DNA from: Yuukianura sp. NJ FZ-2021
Taxonomy: Eukaryota
Direction: 5' to 3'
Assembly (NCBI GenBank): GCA_046563655.1
Contig: CM102285.1
Location: 10,416,001-10,480,000, forward strand
DNA length: 64,000 nucleotides
Shown here: piece after piece, positions 24,601 through 39,600 of the stretch
How positions within the stretch are numbered: position 1 is the first letter of the stretch
Layout: every line of letters starts with the position of its first letter
Program-made: the position numbers and the translations under genes
Notes under the pieces: model-generated
The model's database searches: none
Told to the model about the DNA's origin: nothing
What the model saw: only the letters and a program-made list of their open reading frames with translations

Positions 24601-27600
24601 AGCCATAGGAATTCTTTCTGTGAATTCTTCTTCTGCTGCTGTTAGTAGTGGAGACGAGTGCCAAGGAAATCCTCCTAAACTTTCTCTGACAGTTCACTAA
24701 TGCTGTCACTAAAGGATGACAAGGTTCTAACGAACAGAAAACAGGTTTGAAGAAAGTTGTTGACAAATTTTGAACTCGGAACTTTTTAAACAACCGGGCA
24801 ATTTTGGTCGCTTTTAGTGCTGTACCCTTCTCCGAAGTTGGAGTTTCAATTGAATTCAATTTCCCAACAATAAGCAATTTATTCTGGCTAACTTTTAGCG
24901 AAAGTAGGAAGATTTAAGTCTAAAAGCATAGTAACTACCAAAACCAGGATTTATGCAACTTGTTCGAAAGTAGAAAAAATGCAGAAAATAAACTTTAAAC
25001 TTACAGAATTTACACTTTTTAAAAAGAAATTTTGAAATTAGTGTAATCCTATTTTAGAAAAGTGGCTTCCTCAAAGTCCTTTGATTGAACAGTGTTTTTG
25101 CGAGTTTTTTTTTCGAAAAACTACTTTCGCTTTGATTGGTTCACCAATTTGTATATTAGTTGAATTTTTGTTTAGAACTAATGCAGGTGATTTCATAAGA
25201 ACTTTGTAAACTAAACTACCTTAGTAAGAAGGAGCGAAAGCCAGGATAAGACTGTTTAAAAAATGGGATGAAGGTTGTCTAAAAAAAATTTAAACCGAGA
25301 AATCCCCAACTCCCGTCCTTTGAATAAGACATCTTTCATATTTATTATCCAATTTGCTTAGGCTAGACGAACATCATTTTCCCAACGGCACTCCATTCTC
25401 ATTTCGAAAAAGAAATTGGGCCGCTAGTAAAGTATCTGCGGTAGATTCAACATATTTCCGCGATCAATACTTTCCTCACAATCTACTTTTTTCAAAATCA
25501 TACACAATTTCAGTTTTTGAAATTTCGTCTTATAAATTAGTAAATATATTTTTAACGTCTCAAATTGATCAATTGATGGTGTTAATTTAGCATCCACTAT
25601 CCCAGTTCCGTCCTGCTGTTGTGTATAAACTGAACTTTTTTAAATATATAGAATGGGTAAATTTTGTATTATTCATGAAGGGCTTTAAAACAAAACACGA
25701 GCCACAAATATACGTTATAGTAATACGGAAACTTTTTTTTGTGGAAAAAGACATTTGAATCATAATTCAAGTGCCCTGTGCCATGCTTTCTCTTTCCTGG
25801 AAGAAGAAAGTCCAAGTGAAAGTGGATGTGAAACGACGACGGAAGTAAACCCATCATAAATCCTATGTGTTGATTCTATGAGTAGCCAAAGCGGCCTAAT
25901 CCCTTTGCCAAAATCAAAGAGTTCTAACAACACAGATACGCACTAAAATTCCTACAAGATACAAACTAAAGCTTCCTCCAAAAAAATCTTCCTGGCTCAT
26001 TTCCAATTTTCCACGACATCCTAATACGACTAAATACTAAAACATGAATCCTCTGCGGAAATCAGCAGGAACTGCTTTAATGTGGAATTCCGAAAAAGAA
26101 AAGGTTCATTCTCCAAAACAGAAAAGAAGAAGACATTCTTGCAAAACAATACACTAAAGCCTCACCGCTCTATTGTCAACAATCTTCTAACACAATAAAA
26201 AATACTAAATATTCCCTTAACTAGGCTGCGATCATTTCCGTACTAATAGTTAATCTATCATCGACCAGAAAGAAGAATGAGGTCAGAAAATGAAATATGT
26301 TTGTTTTAATTTCTTTAAAACCATTTCACAAGTAAACCTCAACCACAGCTTTTCAAAAGTCGTGTCTTAACTTTCTCTACACAGAGACGTGGGACTAAAA
26401 AACACTTGAGACGCATTGACGCGGGAGGATTTTTGTGTTTGCTCAATTTGAACCAGAGGAAGCCTCACCTTCTTCCAAATCGTTTTCCCTGGAGAAAGCA
26501 GCAGAACTGGAAAGATTTGTATCAGAATCTTTCGAAGTCGAACTTTTTCCTCCGTTACTTTTTTTATTTCTTCCAAGAAAGATTTGGACAAAGCAGGAAA
26601 ACATTTCGTTGACAAGTACTTTCTCCTCAAGTTCCTTCAATGCTCACCAAAACTATAAATCTACAAAACACAAGACCAGTAACTGAACGGAATTCCTTTC
26701 CTAGTACAAATCTTAAGGGCCAATTCCTTCTTACATCAGTGCACTGATTGCCAAGTGAAGAAAAGCATGCCGTAGCCTATATGCAGTAGCCTTTATGCAG
26801 GTTTAAAACGGCATTTTTGAATTTTCTTTACATAATTTTTAAAAATATCGCTTAACATTCCCTAGTGTTGATTTATGGCATATTAAAATGAGTCGTTGTT
26901 GTCATGTTGTACAGAAACGGAAATGTCGGAATTTCATAACTTCCGTGACAGAATTTGGCAAGATTCGGAACCCTATACCATATGCCTTGGCGAGAGTTCA
27001 ATTTTTGGTGTAATTTTTACCTTCCTGGAGGGCAATTCAGTTTTGAACAAAATCGGATTTGTTAGGGAAAGATGGTGATGTCTATGCAGAAAGCAGAGGT
27101 TAAAGTAAACATGATCCTTGGTGACTCATAGAGTTTACTTTCACTGTAGAAAAAGTTTGAAGGAATTGACACACGAAATGAAAAAAAAATTCTTGAACGA
27201 GAAAGAAAACGAAAAGTTTTTCATTGGAGAAAATAATTCTGGAGAAGTTTGGGCTGGAAAAGGCGGAAGATTTGCCTTCCAATTTCAATTTCCAAAGAAA
27301 CGGTTTCCCTTGGTACGTCCCTTGTAAGTCCGTTCCATACTTTGGTCACGAACACTTGAAAAGAATGGGAAGTATTTTCATTAGTACAAAGAAGACGAAG
27401 GTTGTTGTATTTGAATTCTAAAGGAAAACAAGGCTGAATAGGGATTTTGACCAAGAAGGATTGAGTCCAGGGACAAGCATACTGAATGTCCAAACAAGTT
27501 TACTTTTCTGGCCGCTCGTAGAATGCAAAGATCACGTACTTTGGTTAAGAACTTTTAAGGAGGACGAGACATGAAATTTTAATCAATTGACAATGTTCGT

Positions 27601-30600
27601 ACCTTCCTTGTTGACCAATCATTACACCAAAACTACCAAGAGCAATCACTGTACGACGGAAGTTCAACTACTGCCACGGAATATCAAGTTTTAACTTTCG
27701 GAATTGCTATGGGTATTCCACAATTTTTGCGGATTCTAGAATCGCAGGAAAAGTTATTAAGATTTTTTTAACTTTCACTATGGCTGGGTTATAGAAAGTG
27801 GAAAAGGAAAGCGTTTGGGCGAAAGATTTATTTTTTCAAAAACTTTGGGAAATTACTTAAAAGATTTTACTAAAAAGTTCAAAAAAAAGGAAAACTTTTT
27901 CTTTCTGACTTTCGTAAACGGGAAAAGCAGAGAAAGGCACAACCGCAAAACAACACACAATTCAAGCTACTGCGTAATTTCCCCGTGGCTTTCACTTTAC
28001 ACTTTCTGCATTGGTTTTGCTTGACCTGTCCAAGTTAGGCATTCATAAATTTGACACGACGACCTTGCAGTTTCTAACCTGAAAGGTCAAATGTAAATAC
28101 AATGATTACCTGTACATAGAAAGTACATAAGTGTTAGTGGTAAACCTGCTAATGGAAATTGCTGAGGTTCTAGTGAGATTCACATCATTGGGAAGGTTAG
28201 GCCTGTGTAGACCTTCACTTAATTCTAAAGCCTACTACGCTCATCACGGTTTCACGGTAGCACACTGTCATCATTAATCATTCCCAGTAGTTCACAGTGC
28301 ACGTTTTAGTCCCTGTCCAGGTGAGTCACCGCCAAACAACGGTTTTTGTAGCACACTTTACTCAACTTCAATCTTAATAAGTCTTACAAGGCAAAAAGTG
28401 AGCATCCAGCCTTCAGTTGCATCGTACGTCCCACGTACTACGACTGCTTTGTAATTAATGTCATGCAATTTGCACGGCACGACTCACTCTCTTGTCTGTA
28501 ACTTATTTTGCTTCTGCGAAAAAGCCTACAATAATAGCATTGCGAAATCCTGGTGCTGCGAATCCCATGAGAATTGAAGAGAGACGGTTGACGCAGAAAC
28601 AATTTTTCGCAAATGTATGAATCAAAGTATGAATAAGTCATTGAGTCAAGAGAAGTTTCTCTGCAAAAACAATGAGGCGGTTTGAAAAGGAAATCTTTGT
28701 GTTTTTTAAGAAAAAATCAATTTTAATTTGATGAAAGTGTTCGTGTTTGTCTAAAAGTGTTTTGGGCATTTTCGATTTTCAATACCAAAACTCTACAAAG
28801 TGTATTTTCGCTGATTTACGGTACTACACCGATGAATTGACTTTAAAAGTGACATTTTTGTACAGGGATGGGTTAAAAGTAATTTGGCCAAAAGTGAAAA
28901 GACCAAAGGTGAAATGAACGAAAGGCCAAAAAGAGATTAAAGCTCACCTAACCTAGAAGGTCTTTGGAATTCTGGCCTTTTCACTTTTGGCCAAAATCTT
29001 GTGACCATTTCACCCTGCTACGCACGGATGATCGCGCACCATAAAAGTTTGACACGTTTTTGTTATCCACTTGATCTTTTGTAGCGTTTTAAATTGACAG
29101 ATAAATTTAAGTATCTAAATTTTACAATCTTACTACGTAGAAGTTCAACGAAATTTATTTTGATAGCAATACTGTATCACCCTCTTTGAATTTGTACTGT
29201 TTAGTTATTAATATGATGCAGATGACGACTGATTTTCCTGATAAGGGTCAACTAACTTATGGTTGTTCGTGGTCTAATCATAATTAATTTAAGAGTGAGT
29301 CACAATTTGTGGTTAAAATTTCAACCTGATTTCCACTTCATAAACATGGTCCCATAAATATTCCATTTTGAAGTGAATTCCAGTGAAGCTCTAGCACGAG
29401 ACTCGGGTTTCGTGGTTGACGCATCACAGTTCCAGGAAATACCGTGTACAAAGAGCTATGGCCAAAATATTAGTACATCCTATGGTGAAAGTGAATCACA
29501 TATTTTTGAAATGAATTTTAGAATTGGAGCTTCCAAGTACTTGGAAGTGTATGGGGAGGTGACTTATGGAAGTGGAGTGGATGAATTAAAATTTTAAGTC
29601 TGAATTAATCAAATAGTACTAAAGAATCGAACTACCTTTATCACAAGGATTTTCCCATTAACTTTATGCTTCCTCATGGTTCTTTTTTGATTCTTATTAA
29701 ATTTCCCATTGATATTGCTAAATTTAGTACCAAAATCATCAAATGAACTCCAAATCAATTTAGTCTTTTCAAATTTGGCAACCAATGGAACAAATTTTTT
29801 GGAAGATCAAGGCAAATGAAACTGAAAATTTATTACAGGAAACGAAATTCACAGGAATTCAACCATCTTGTTTCTGAAACTGAAAGTTCAAAGGTAGTTT
29901 ATTCTTAGGAGAGCTGGGACATGACCAGAAATAAGTTAAGTCCAGATCTCCATAGTCTTTTGTGTGCGTCTAAAATTAACTTTCCAGATTCCTATTGTTT
30001 TGTTTTGAACATGGAGAACAAATGGCAAAGACCGCTCAATTGGAAACAATACTGAAGTAGATTGTGAAATCGAGTAAACCAATTGTAGCAAATAAAAATT
30101 TATAAAGTTCAATTGAACATAATTCCGGAAGGTCGTAAATTATGGTCACCCCCCTCCCCTCAAGCTAAGAACTTTCATTTCATTACTTCAAGCTTGGCGT
30201 GAACTCTTCCAGTTCCAAACCTAATCTTAATTTTATAATGTTTACTTTCAGTATCAGAGGCTTGTTCATTTTTAATATCTCGACCAATTCACTTTTTTCA
30301 TTATGCACTTAAAATATAGACTTTGACTCAACAGTGAAGGCAAACGTGACCCAGGAGTTGACCTTAAAACAATAATGTCTGCATTTCAAATCGTGTGTTA
30401 GCGTTTTGATTGTTTATTTTCAAAACTGTTGTGACGCTTTTACTGGGCATTAATTATTGTTTGCTGTTTCAACTTTTGCAAAAAGTAGACGCTTATGACC
30501 AAAATTGCACAAGACTCGACCGATGAAAATGCATCACCGTCAGCCTACGCAATCTGAAGTAACGTTAGCTTTAGTTTTAATTGGACCTCAGTTTGTAATG

Positions 30601-33600
30601 GACTTAAGCTAAAAAACAAATGTATGGACATACTCATTACGGGAACACTTTTAGCACACGGCGGCGTGCACACATTAGCCTTACAGTTTTTGAAAGTAGT
30701 GGAAAGGGGCGTTTGTACGCTTGTTAAAATGGCATTGCCATTGAGAAAACATTGCAAAAAAGTGGACAGTAATGGTTAGTATAGTGGATAGAACGTTGAG
30801 TTACTGCAAGTTATTTGTGGATTCGACTTTTAGGTTGAGAGGGCTTTTACCCACACACTTTCTGTGTCTATATCACTTAGGATTTTGGATAGGGATTGTG
30901 TACGGGGATCAATGTGGGAATCTGTACTTGTAATTTAAATTCCACACTTACTTACTTTCAGTCAGTTGACACTCAGTGAGCCTCATGTGAACAACTCCAA
31001 AAAAAGTGGAATTTAGTATCAGTTTTTTACAAACGCAACTTTCGCAAAGTAAAAGATTTTGTTGCAAAACACGTTTTCGGTCAGTTGCATAACATTTTTG
31101 GAAGCACTTTTGCTGGAAGCCTTCAAAGTTATAAATTCCGGACAGCATTTGTGTGTAAATGTAACTGCAATCATTGGAGCGTTAGGGAGAGACACGTGGA
31201 AATGTTAACTCTGTGACCTTGTCGTATTCAAAGTTTGTTCTTTAACTAAAAGATGCGAAAAAGTACAAGTCATATTGTACGTTTTAAAATGAAAGAACTT
31301 TCAATTAGCTAAAAATTTAGGCCATTTTGCAACCTCGACGGCCGGTTTATTGATATCTTTTTCAAAAATTGGAAAAGTTACAAAAATTGGAAAAATTTTG
31401 AGAACACTTTGATCAAAAAGAGAAAGTGTTTCAGCTGATTGAGTCCATTTCGTGGACGATTTTCAAAGAAGATCAACAATCTCAAGTTCAGACTCTATTG
31501 TGCGTATTCTGCACGACAAAACGAGCAAAAAAGTCTCTGATTCAAAATGTTTGCAAAGTTTGGAGCTGACAATTTCAGAGTAAGTTGTTTTTTTTTTTTT
31601 GCTTTTCTTCTTTTTTTACAAAACATTTGCAAAAATGTGCTGGGAATTTTATTTCGTACTGCTTTTCGTACGTGCCAAACAAGGGCACATTATAGTATAT
31701 GTAAAATCTTCAAGGCGTTGAGAACGTAAATAGTTAATGTTGTTGTAATTAAAAGAGAAAAACACCTTGACTCGCATTTTTAGTAGCCTTACTTTAAACA
31801 ACGAACTAAATTACACAAAAAGCCTTTGCACAGGAATTGCACGTTCCAAAGCACTTACTTTTGTAAAATTTTACAAAAACGATGGTTAATGGACCTGGAA
31901 CTCCAAGTGTAAATTCCATTAAAACAGGATAATTACAGTAAAAATTAAACTTAAATTTTGGAACAAGGTTTCACTAAAACTTCTGGGAATTTTTATTTGT
32001 GAAACGTGCACTGGTAACGAGTGAAAACACTTTTTTTTCGAAGCAAATTACATCTTTAGAACTCATTTCCTCTGGCTAAACAGTTTTTCGTAGTCACTGG
32101 ATTCTGCGACTTCACAGTCCAGAGATGACGTAGATTTGAACGCGCTTTACTAAGGCCCTTCTACTTTTCGTCTCTAAGGGATCAGGGGCACTTAGAGGTG
32201 AAAGTGGACTTTCTAAAGTCTCTAGAGACATATGAACGTGTAGCAAAGTATGAAAGCATGTCATGCCCCGCTTCCATTTTCAGATAAATTCAATATGTAA
32301 GAACGTCCGTCTCCCCTCCCCCATGTTTCCTGCGCACTGAACTCTTAAAATGTGTACGGAAATCCGATTACGCTATGATTGTTCCTGTCAACTTTTCTTT
32401 AGGTTGTCCGAGAGCATTGAACTCTTTTTGAAATTTTGCAGTAGTCACTAGCCTTTGGGCACGAATGACGAGCTTATTGAACATGCTCTTCCTGTGCACT
32501 GATTTCCGTTCTTTAAATTCACAAGGAAGTTATATAGCGGTGTATTTTTTTGTGTAAAAACTTGCCAAGAATTTAAAAGTAGATTTTAGAATTTGCAACT
32601 TTCTTTGTGACGCTTTCAAAATGTTTCCGGTATGCGGCGGAAAAAATGGAAGCACGTTGTCACTTTCCCGGAGATTGGAATGTAAAAAGCGTTGCATTCT
32701 ATGGCTTTTTTTTCGCGTGTCTCGGCTTTCAAAATTTCGAAGAAAAAAAAATGGAAAACTTGCGTTAACGGTATGATTTTTCCACAACCTCCTGTGAACT
32801 TCGCATTTGCGGACGCATGAAACGTCATCAAACCTAACTGTGAAATGTCTAAAGGTAGCCCGTCCAAAAGTGCCTGGTTACGTTCTAATGCAATATTTAT
32901 TTTAGGGTTGTCGCAAATTGAGCCTTGCACTGCAGTATCCTTTTAATTTGAGTTGAGATTAGTGGTTTCCATTACATTTGATTGTTTTAGACCAGACTGA
33001 AATTGAAGTGCCTAGTAATTAAAAGTCGGAGATTCAGCAAAGCATGACTAGATGAAATTGTACCCCTCCAATCGATACTCCCACCAGTTTTGTAGTGACT
33101 CCAGAGTCAACAAAACGCTTTTTGAAGTGAATGTAGGTCAGGGGTCGTGGACCTCTCTTCTCAAAACTATTTTCCACCTCTTCTTTTTTCACACCTCAGC
33201 GGATTCTGTTTGCTCGGAGCCTTTTGTACGTCGGTTGTGTGCTGGAGGATGGATGCTGCTGGTGCTGAAAGCTCCACTTTGCCAAATTCTAATACTTTTC
33301 CTTTCGACGGGTGAAGCGTCGAGAATCCTAGTCTTCCTAGAGTCTAGCTCCTTTGAAAATATTTGTTCAAAGTAAGTCCCTGGCTCTAGAGCTTACTTAT
33401 TGATTCCCAATTCCCTGGGAGATCCTAAACTTTTGGCTAAATGCAACGAATTTATAAGTTTGTTTTTGGAAACCACACTTTTTAGTACCAAAAGCAGGTT
33501 ACAAAGCGAAACGGACATTTGTGAAAATTTATTCCTCGATTTTTGGAACATCAAATTTTTAAATCTTTTCCGTTGCGAATCTTCGGGTTTTGTTGACACC

Positions 33601-36600
33601 AAAGTGATACTGTTGACTTTGAGAATTCAAAAAAAGTAACACTCTGAGCCAAAAAATATTTGAAAATAATAAATCTAGGCCATCGGATTCTTCTGTGACT
33701 TGGCGGTTAACGGACTTTTCTGGAGACGCTGCTGCTTAAGCCATTTGTCGTAGCGTTTTTCGGTTTAGTATGCTTGCTAACTTAGTCGTAAACTTTTGGG
33801 AAATCATTTCCTCCAAACCTAAGGCTACGAACAGAGACGCTCGTTTCCTTTTCCCTCTTTGTTTAATGGGAAACTTTAACCTCTTTAAATTGTCTTACAA
33901 AAGTCTCACCATCAAAACTTAATCAACCTCACACCACTAGTACCACGCAGAATCTACAGTCTCCGAGGTAGTAAGAATTCTGCAAGGATTCGCAAAATTG
34001 GCACTTGGCATTACTTTCGTATCCTCCTCCTTCTTGGTCTCTCTGGAAGTGTCTCGTAAACAAAATTCTTTTGGTGTCAATTTCAAAAAATATTTCGTCG
34101 TAATTTTAAGTTCAAGTCTCACTATCCTATGAGTTAAACAACCTTGGTGGGCAGGAATTAAAGAAAAAAAACACTTTTTGCACTCACTCCATTTCTGCGA
34201 TTTCTTGAAAACAACTTTTTGTAATTGTCTATTTTTAATCCCCATTTCCGCAACTCAGCTACACCTTTATTGCAAAGTTTTAAAAGCGTTTTTCTCTCGC
34301 CATTTTTCAATGTATTTTGGCAAAAACGAAAACGATTTGCCCAATTGTTGTATTTTTTTCAGCCGATATTTCTAAAACCTATATTTCTAAAGCCGATATT
34401 TCTATGTGTGTTTTTAAAAATCGATTTTTATTAATTCTCTACTTTCATTTGATTATTTCCCTGAATTCTTGTTGTTGTTTTTTCATTCACTAATTAGCGA
34501 AATTATTCCTTCATTTAAAAATTTTGTGTTACAAAGTCCACTTTCAAAAAGTTACACTTTTTCGACAACGTTTTCCTACAAAAGTTACTTTTGCTGAAAC
34601 ACAATCTGTGTTCGGTGGTTTGTATGGTTGCAAACCGTAAAACCACAAACTCTTAAGAACAGACTGAACGTTTTTACTTACAAGATTGACTGTTCATTTT
34701 TTAGAAACAGAAATATAGTACCCCGTTTTGGAAAAATTTCTAACCTTGGCTTTTCTGAAAAGTTTCGTATCGTAATTTAGAAAAATCTTTTGCCGTGTTA
34801 GCTTTTTCTGTTGTTTTGTTTTTATCTAAACTTCATACTTTTTTTTAATGTTTTTGACCATTTGACCGATTGCGCAATGGAACTGGTACTTATTAGCCTT
34901 CTCTAATCCAAGTGTAAATATTAACTAAAAACTATTAAGTCAACTATTAGCTTATCCTAACTTTTAATCTTGTCTCACAGCAGTTTGTTCTGTAAGTTTG
35001 ACTTTGGTGACCTACCTCCTCTGCACTCGTGATCAAACAAATTTCTTAAATTTTGGAAGAAAAAAAAAGAGAAGCGACAACTTTTTGCGTTCTCTCTGTC
35101 GGCATGAGCAAACTTGCGAAATCACTTGACGTCAAATTCTAAACTTGAGGAGAAGCAAATTTTCTAGCCACCTAGCACCGACACGTGTCTGAATTCCATA
35201 ATGGAATTGAAAGTAACAAAACCTCTCAAATCATTAGCTGAATTTAAACCACACTTCGTCAGAGGATGTCCGACCAGATTCAATTTTTACCTAAAATGTA
35301 TCTCCCTAGTAGTGCGCCTAACCTTGAATTGATTCTCGTGTTACACTTTTACCTAATAGCTGATGCGAAAATTTAAAAAAAAACGAGTATTGTCTATAAT
35401 GTAACCTACAAAAAAGAATACAACTTTTAATTGTAATTCACACAGAAAAAAACTTTGAGCAAGAAAAATTGGTTTTCATTAGCATCTCATCTCTTTTAAC
35501 TTGATTTTTTTAGTCTAGTTTCATCTCTCATTCAAAATTCACTAAAAACAACTGCAAATTATTCCATCTACGAGGCTGTTTCAAAAGAGTAAAAAGTACA
35601 AGGACAATTTTTTAGCAGTTCAATTAAAGAAACCATTTGTAAACTGAAAAGTAACAAACATTTCAAAATTATTTTCAAAGTGACACACCGCCCTGTTTTC
35701 AAAAATTTTTGGCTCGACAGCCACTTTTTTGCGTGTCGAAAATTCTTCTGACACCAAAAAAAACTTTCCGTGATACTTTTTTTGTTTCTTTTAAAAAACG
35801 ACGATGCGTTTATTTCAACACTCGTTTTTTTCGGGCTGTTTTCATTTCGTATTTTGGTGTTGTTGTTTATGTGGAAATACACTTTTGAGTTTTTGCACAA
35901 AAATAACCAATTACGATTTGTTATCTGATTAAAAACATTTTTTGTGTAATCAACATATCGTGGTACAGGAAGTGGGTTTGGTTTTTTAACTTTCTATCCC
36001 AATTCTATTGTACTTTTACACGTTTAGCATGAAGGATACTTTGAAACATGCGTAACCTACATTTGGAGACACAAATAGTAACCACGTTCACAGAAGTTGC
36101 CTTTTTGCATTAATAATTCAAAGTAACCCTCAACTGCCAAAGGAGATGGCACAAAGTCCATAAGAAAGTTGCCTTGGTGGTATTCGAATGAAATTTTTAT
36201 CAGTTGTTAAGGTCGGTAGTGGGATCGTAATTGCAAATTTTCAGACCCCTAGAAACGATAGGTCACGGGTCACGGGGGGTCAAAGGTCACCATGTCATCC
36301 TATGACGACCCCATACAAGTAGCATATCTGCGGAACGCGCTTGACGCCCTGATTCAGAAAATGTATATATGTCAACATCTATAATGTAAGAGAACGAAGT
36401 AATGGCCTAATGTCCAAAAACGTAAATTTCGAGAGCGGATTGGGACTTGCGATTTTTACGTTTTGCGTCATAACTTTGTTGTCCTACGTCATAGGTATTG
36501 ACATATATACATTTTCTGAATCAGGGCGTCAAGCGCGTTCCGCAGATATGCTACTTGTATGGGGTCGTCATAGGATGACATGGTGACCTTTGACCCCCCG

Positions 36601-39600
36601 TGACCCGTGACCTATCGTTTCTAGGGGTCTGAAAATTTGCAATTACGATCCCACTACCGACCTTAACAACTGATAAAAATTTCATTCGAATACCACCAAG
36701 GCAACTTTCTTATGGACTTTGTGCCATCTCCTTTCTCACGTAGACCGTTTGGCATTAACACGCACAAATACTAAATTTCAGAAACTTTTTTGTACTCCAT
36801 TTCCTCCACTTTGTTGCATTTCTATCTTCTAAAATACTCCAATTTCTTTCACATCAAGTTCAACTTATCAAAATTTGAGAATTTTATGCTCCAAAACTGC
36901 AGAATGAACAAGGTGAAAATTTTTGGAAAATGTAAATTATCCACCATTTTTTTTTGTCAAATTCAGCATCGATTTAATGACATCTCATAACTTACCTTCC
37001 TCATTCAAGGCCTTCTACTTTATTTTTCAACTAAAAGCTGTTGGGGAAGGGCAAGTTGACAAGAGAGCTCATTTGTGGCCCTGCTTGTATAATGTAGGGT
37101 CAATTTGCAAATTGCAATTGAGGATTTCAAGGATTTAGCATTGACTCATGTAAGAGGCTTACATAAAATGTTGCCTCCTGCAACAAGTTGTTTTCCACAT
37201 CATCATTTTTTGCCAATCAACTAAAAGCTTCTAAGGTATTACTATTTTTTTGCAAAGTAGGCGATATTAAGGATTTTGTATAGAGGTAAATATTTATACT
37301 TGGTAAAAGTCAACCAACTTTAGGTTAGTAATGATGTCAAAACTGATCTTAACGTGCAAAAATATTGGAATTTAGAATTTGCTGACTCTGTCTGTGCTTC
37401 ATTCTTTACAAAACATTGCTCCCTGCAAAACTTCCGTTTGTACTTGTAACAGCAGTTAGCAGACAGTTGTTGCGAAATTGGAAATTAGGAAGAACTGGAA
37501 GATGCGAATTTAGAATTCGGCAAATTTACAATTCCGTAGTAGTCTGAAGTGCAAATTATGCTGAACTCGTTTCAATTGTGTTTTGCTTGTTTGGTTTTCC
37601 AGGGAGCCAGGCATCGAATGGATGGCAATGGACTTATGACGATCATTATTCCAGGTGAGATTTCCTCAGCGTCTCTTTTTCGTTTGAAAAGTACGGTATG
37701 CTCCAGCGTAAATTTTAGAACAAGTTTCCAGAATCAAAAACTGCCATGACGGAAAATTGGAAAGTCATTCTGGACAAAGCTGTACATTTTCTAGTACCGA
37801 ATGTTCATAAAGGCTCATAATTTTTTGAAGCCATAAATGTTTTAGTGTGTAAAGGGAGTTATAAAAGCGCCTTTTTGGCCGTGCGGGACTCTTACTTTCG
37901 GGAAATTGGCACTCGTCCGTGCTGATTGCCAAATTTGAAGTGGAAGCCAGGGGCCTTAAAATAGTGGAGCTGCAATATTTTGGGGCGGGTGATGATGTTG
38001 TTTATGGGTTTCAGTTTAGTAGGAAGCTAGAAGTTTCACTTTCATTTGGAAATGTACACTGGAAACTGTTTACTTCCTTTCCAAAAGCCCAAGGTACACA
38101 CACACAGCATGGAATATATTTATGAAGCCATCTCCCTCATTTCCATCCTGTCATAACCCTCCATTTTATTGATGATGGAGGTGTGGGTAAGCTGTAGCAA
38201 TGCAAAAGTGCGTCGTAACACCTCCAAAAATAATAATTTTCCAGTTTCTCATCAAAACTACTGTCGTCGGATAATAAATTTTGGAGAGAAATGGGGAACA
38301 ATTTTTTGAAAAATGAAAATTGTCAAAGTCCAAAATCATCAAAGGGCGAATCTCTTTTCTGTCCAAAGCAGAAGAGCACGCTTTTTCGCGTGTCAATTTA
38401 GTCCACAAAGTTCAAATGGAAAATGTCAAAGGTTTTTCTTTTGAACAAAAAGTTAGCTAATCTTGTTTTTGCTGCCTACTTGTTTGTGAGAGGAACTTGT
38501 AGAAGTTGCAGTTTCAAAATTTCTTTTACCTTTTATGGTTTTTGAGTCTCAAAAAGTTGTGAAGTCTAAAAGTTGCTTGAGGAGCAGAGGAGGTCATGAC
38601 CTCTGAATTGCTATTGAAGTCCTTGTCGAATGCCGAAAAGTAACAAATTGAGATAGCAGCAGTTTGTGCTCTTTTTCAATGTTTTTCCTTCAAATTACAA
38701 CAAATCGTTTTCTGTCATTATAGTACTGACAAAGTACTGGATAGAAACATCCCAAAAGCCAAAGGCTGTTTTGCTACTTTCAAGCGCAACTTTTAGTTCT
38801 CCTTACGAGACGAAGAAATATCTAATGTCTATACTTTTATATTTTTCTTGGAACTTTTTTCGATTCTTACCAATTCACTTGGATTCGAGTCACGTTCAGA
38901 TCCAAAGTAATTTTTTGATTGGATAAAAGGAAAATACAAAAATCATGAAAGATTCTTGAACCGAAGCGCACCGGTGTTAGTGGAAACTTTCTCTACACAA
39001 ATTGATGGAAAAAAATTGGAGCGAGGAGAAAATAGCTCGTGATTTTTTAATGAAATGAAATGTGTTTGAATTTCTTTGATTTCCTTAGCTAAAATTTTTC
39101 TTAGCATTAAATTGCATATTATGCATAGTTTTGGTATGAATAATTCCGTTTTCTCAAGAAACGAATTCGAAGTCTTGTCAAAATTTAAAAACTACTCAAA
39201 AATGTCTGAGACAAAGGTAGATGTACAATTTAAATTCGCGTGCGATTAAGTTGTGGAGTAGAGTCATTGTGGAGATCTGTTGACCAAATTGGTGTTAGAC
39301 GTTTTTTAGTTGACGAATTTGTCTTGTGTCCCCTCATCATTACAGCGGATTTCTTGAGGCGACTAACGTAAATGCTTTCTCCATTTTTTCTTTTCCATCG
39401 CGTTTTAGGTTTTGTTCGTGAGATCAGATGAAATGACTGCGGCTTAATTTCCTTCCTGTCATAATGAAAGCAAAGAAAGAAACAACCTAGAAATCTTCAA
39501 GTCTTCTACGAAAATGACAAGATGATGAAGGTAGAGTTTCACAAAGTACAAGGCCTGTCACCACCAAATGACTCTCCTTCCAAGGAGGTCCTCATGGTGG

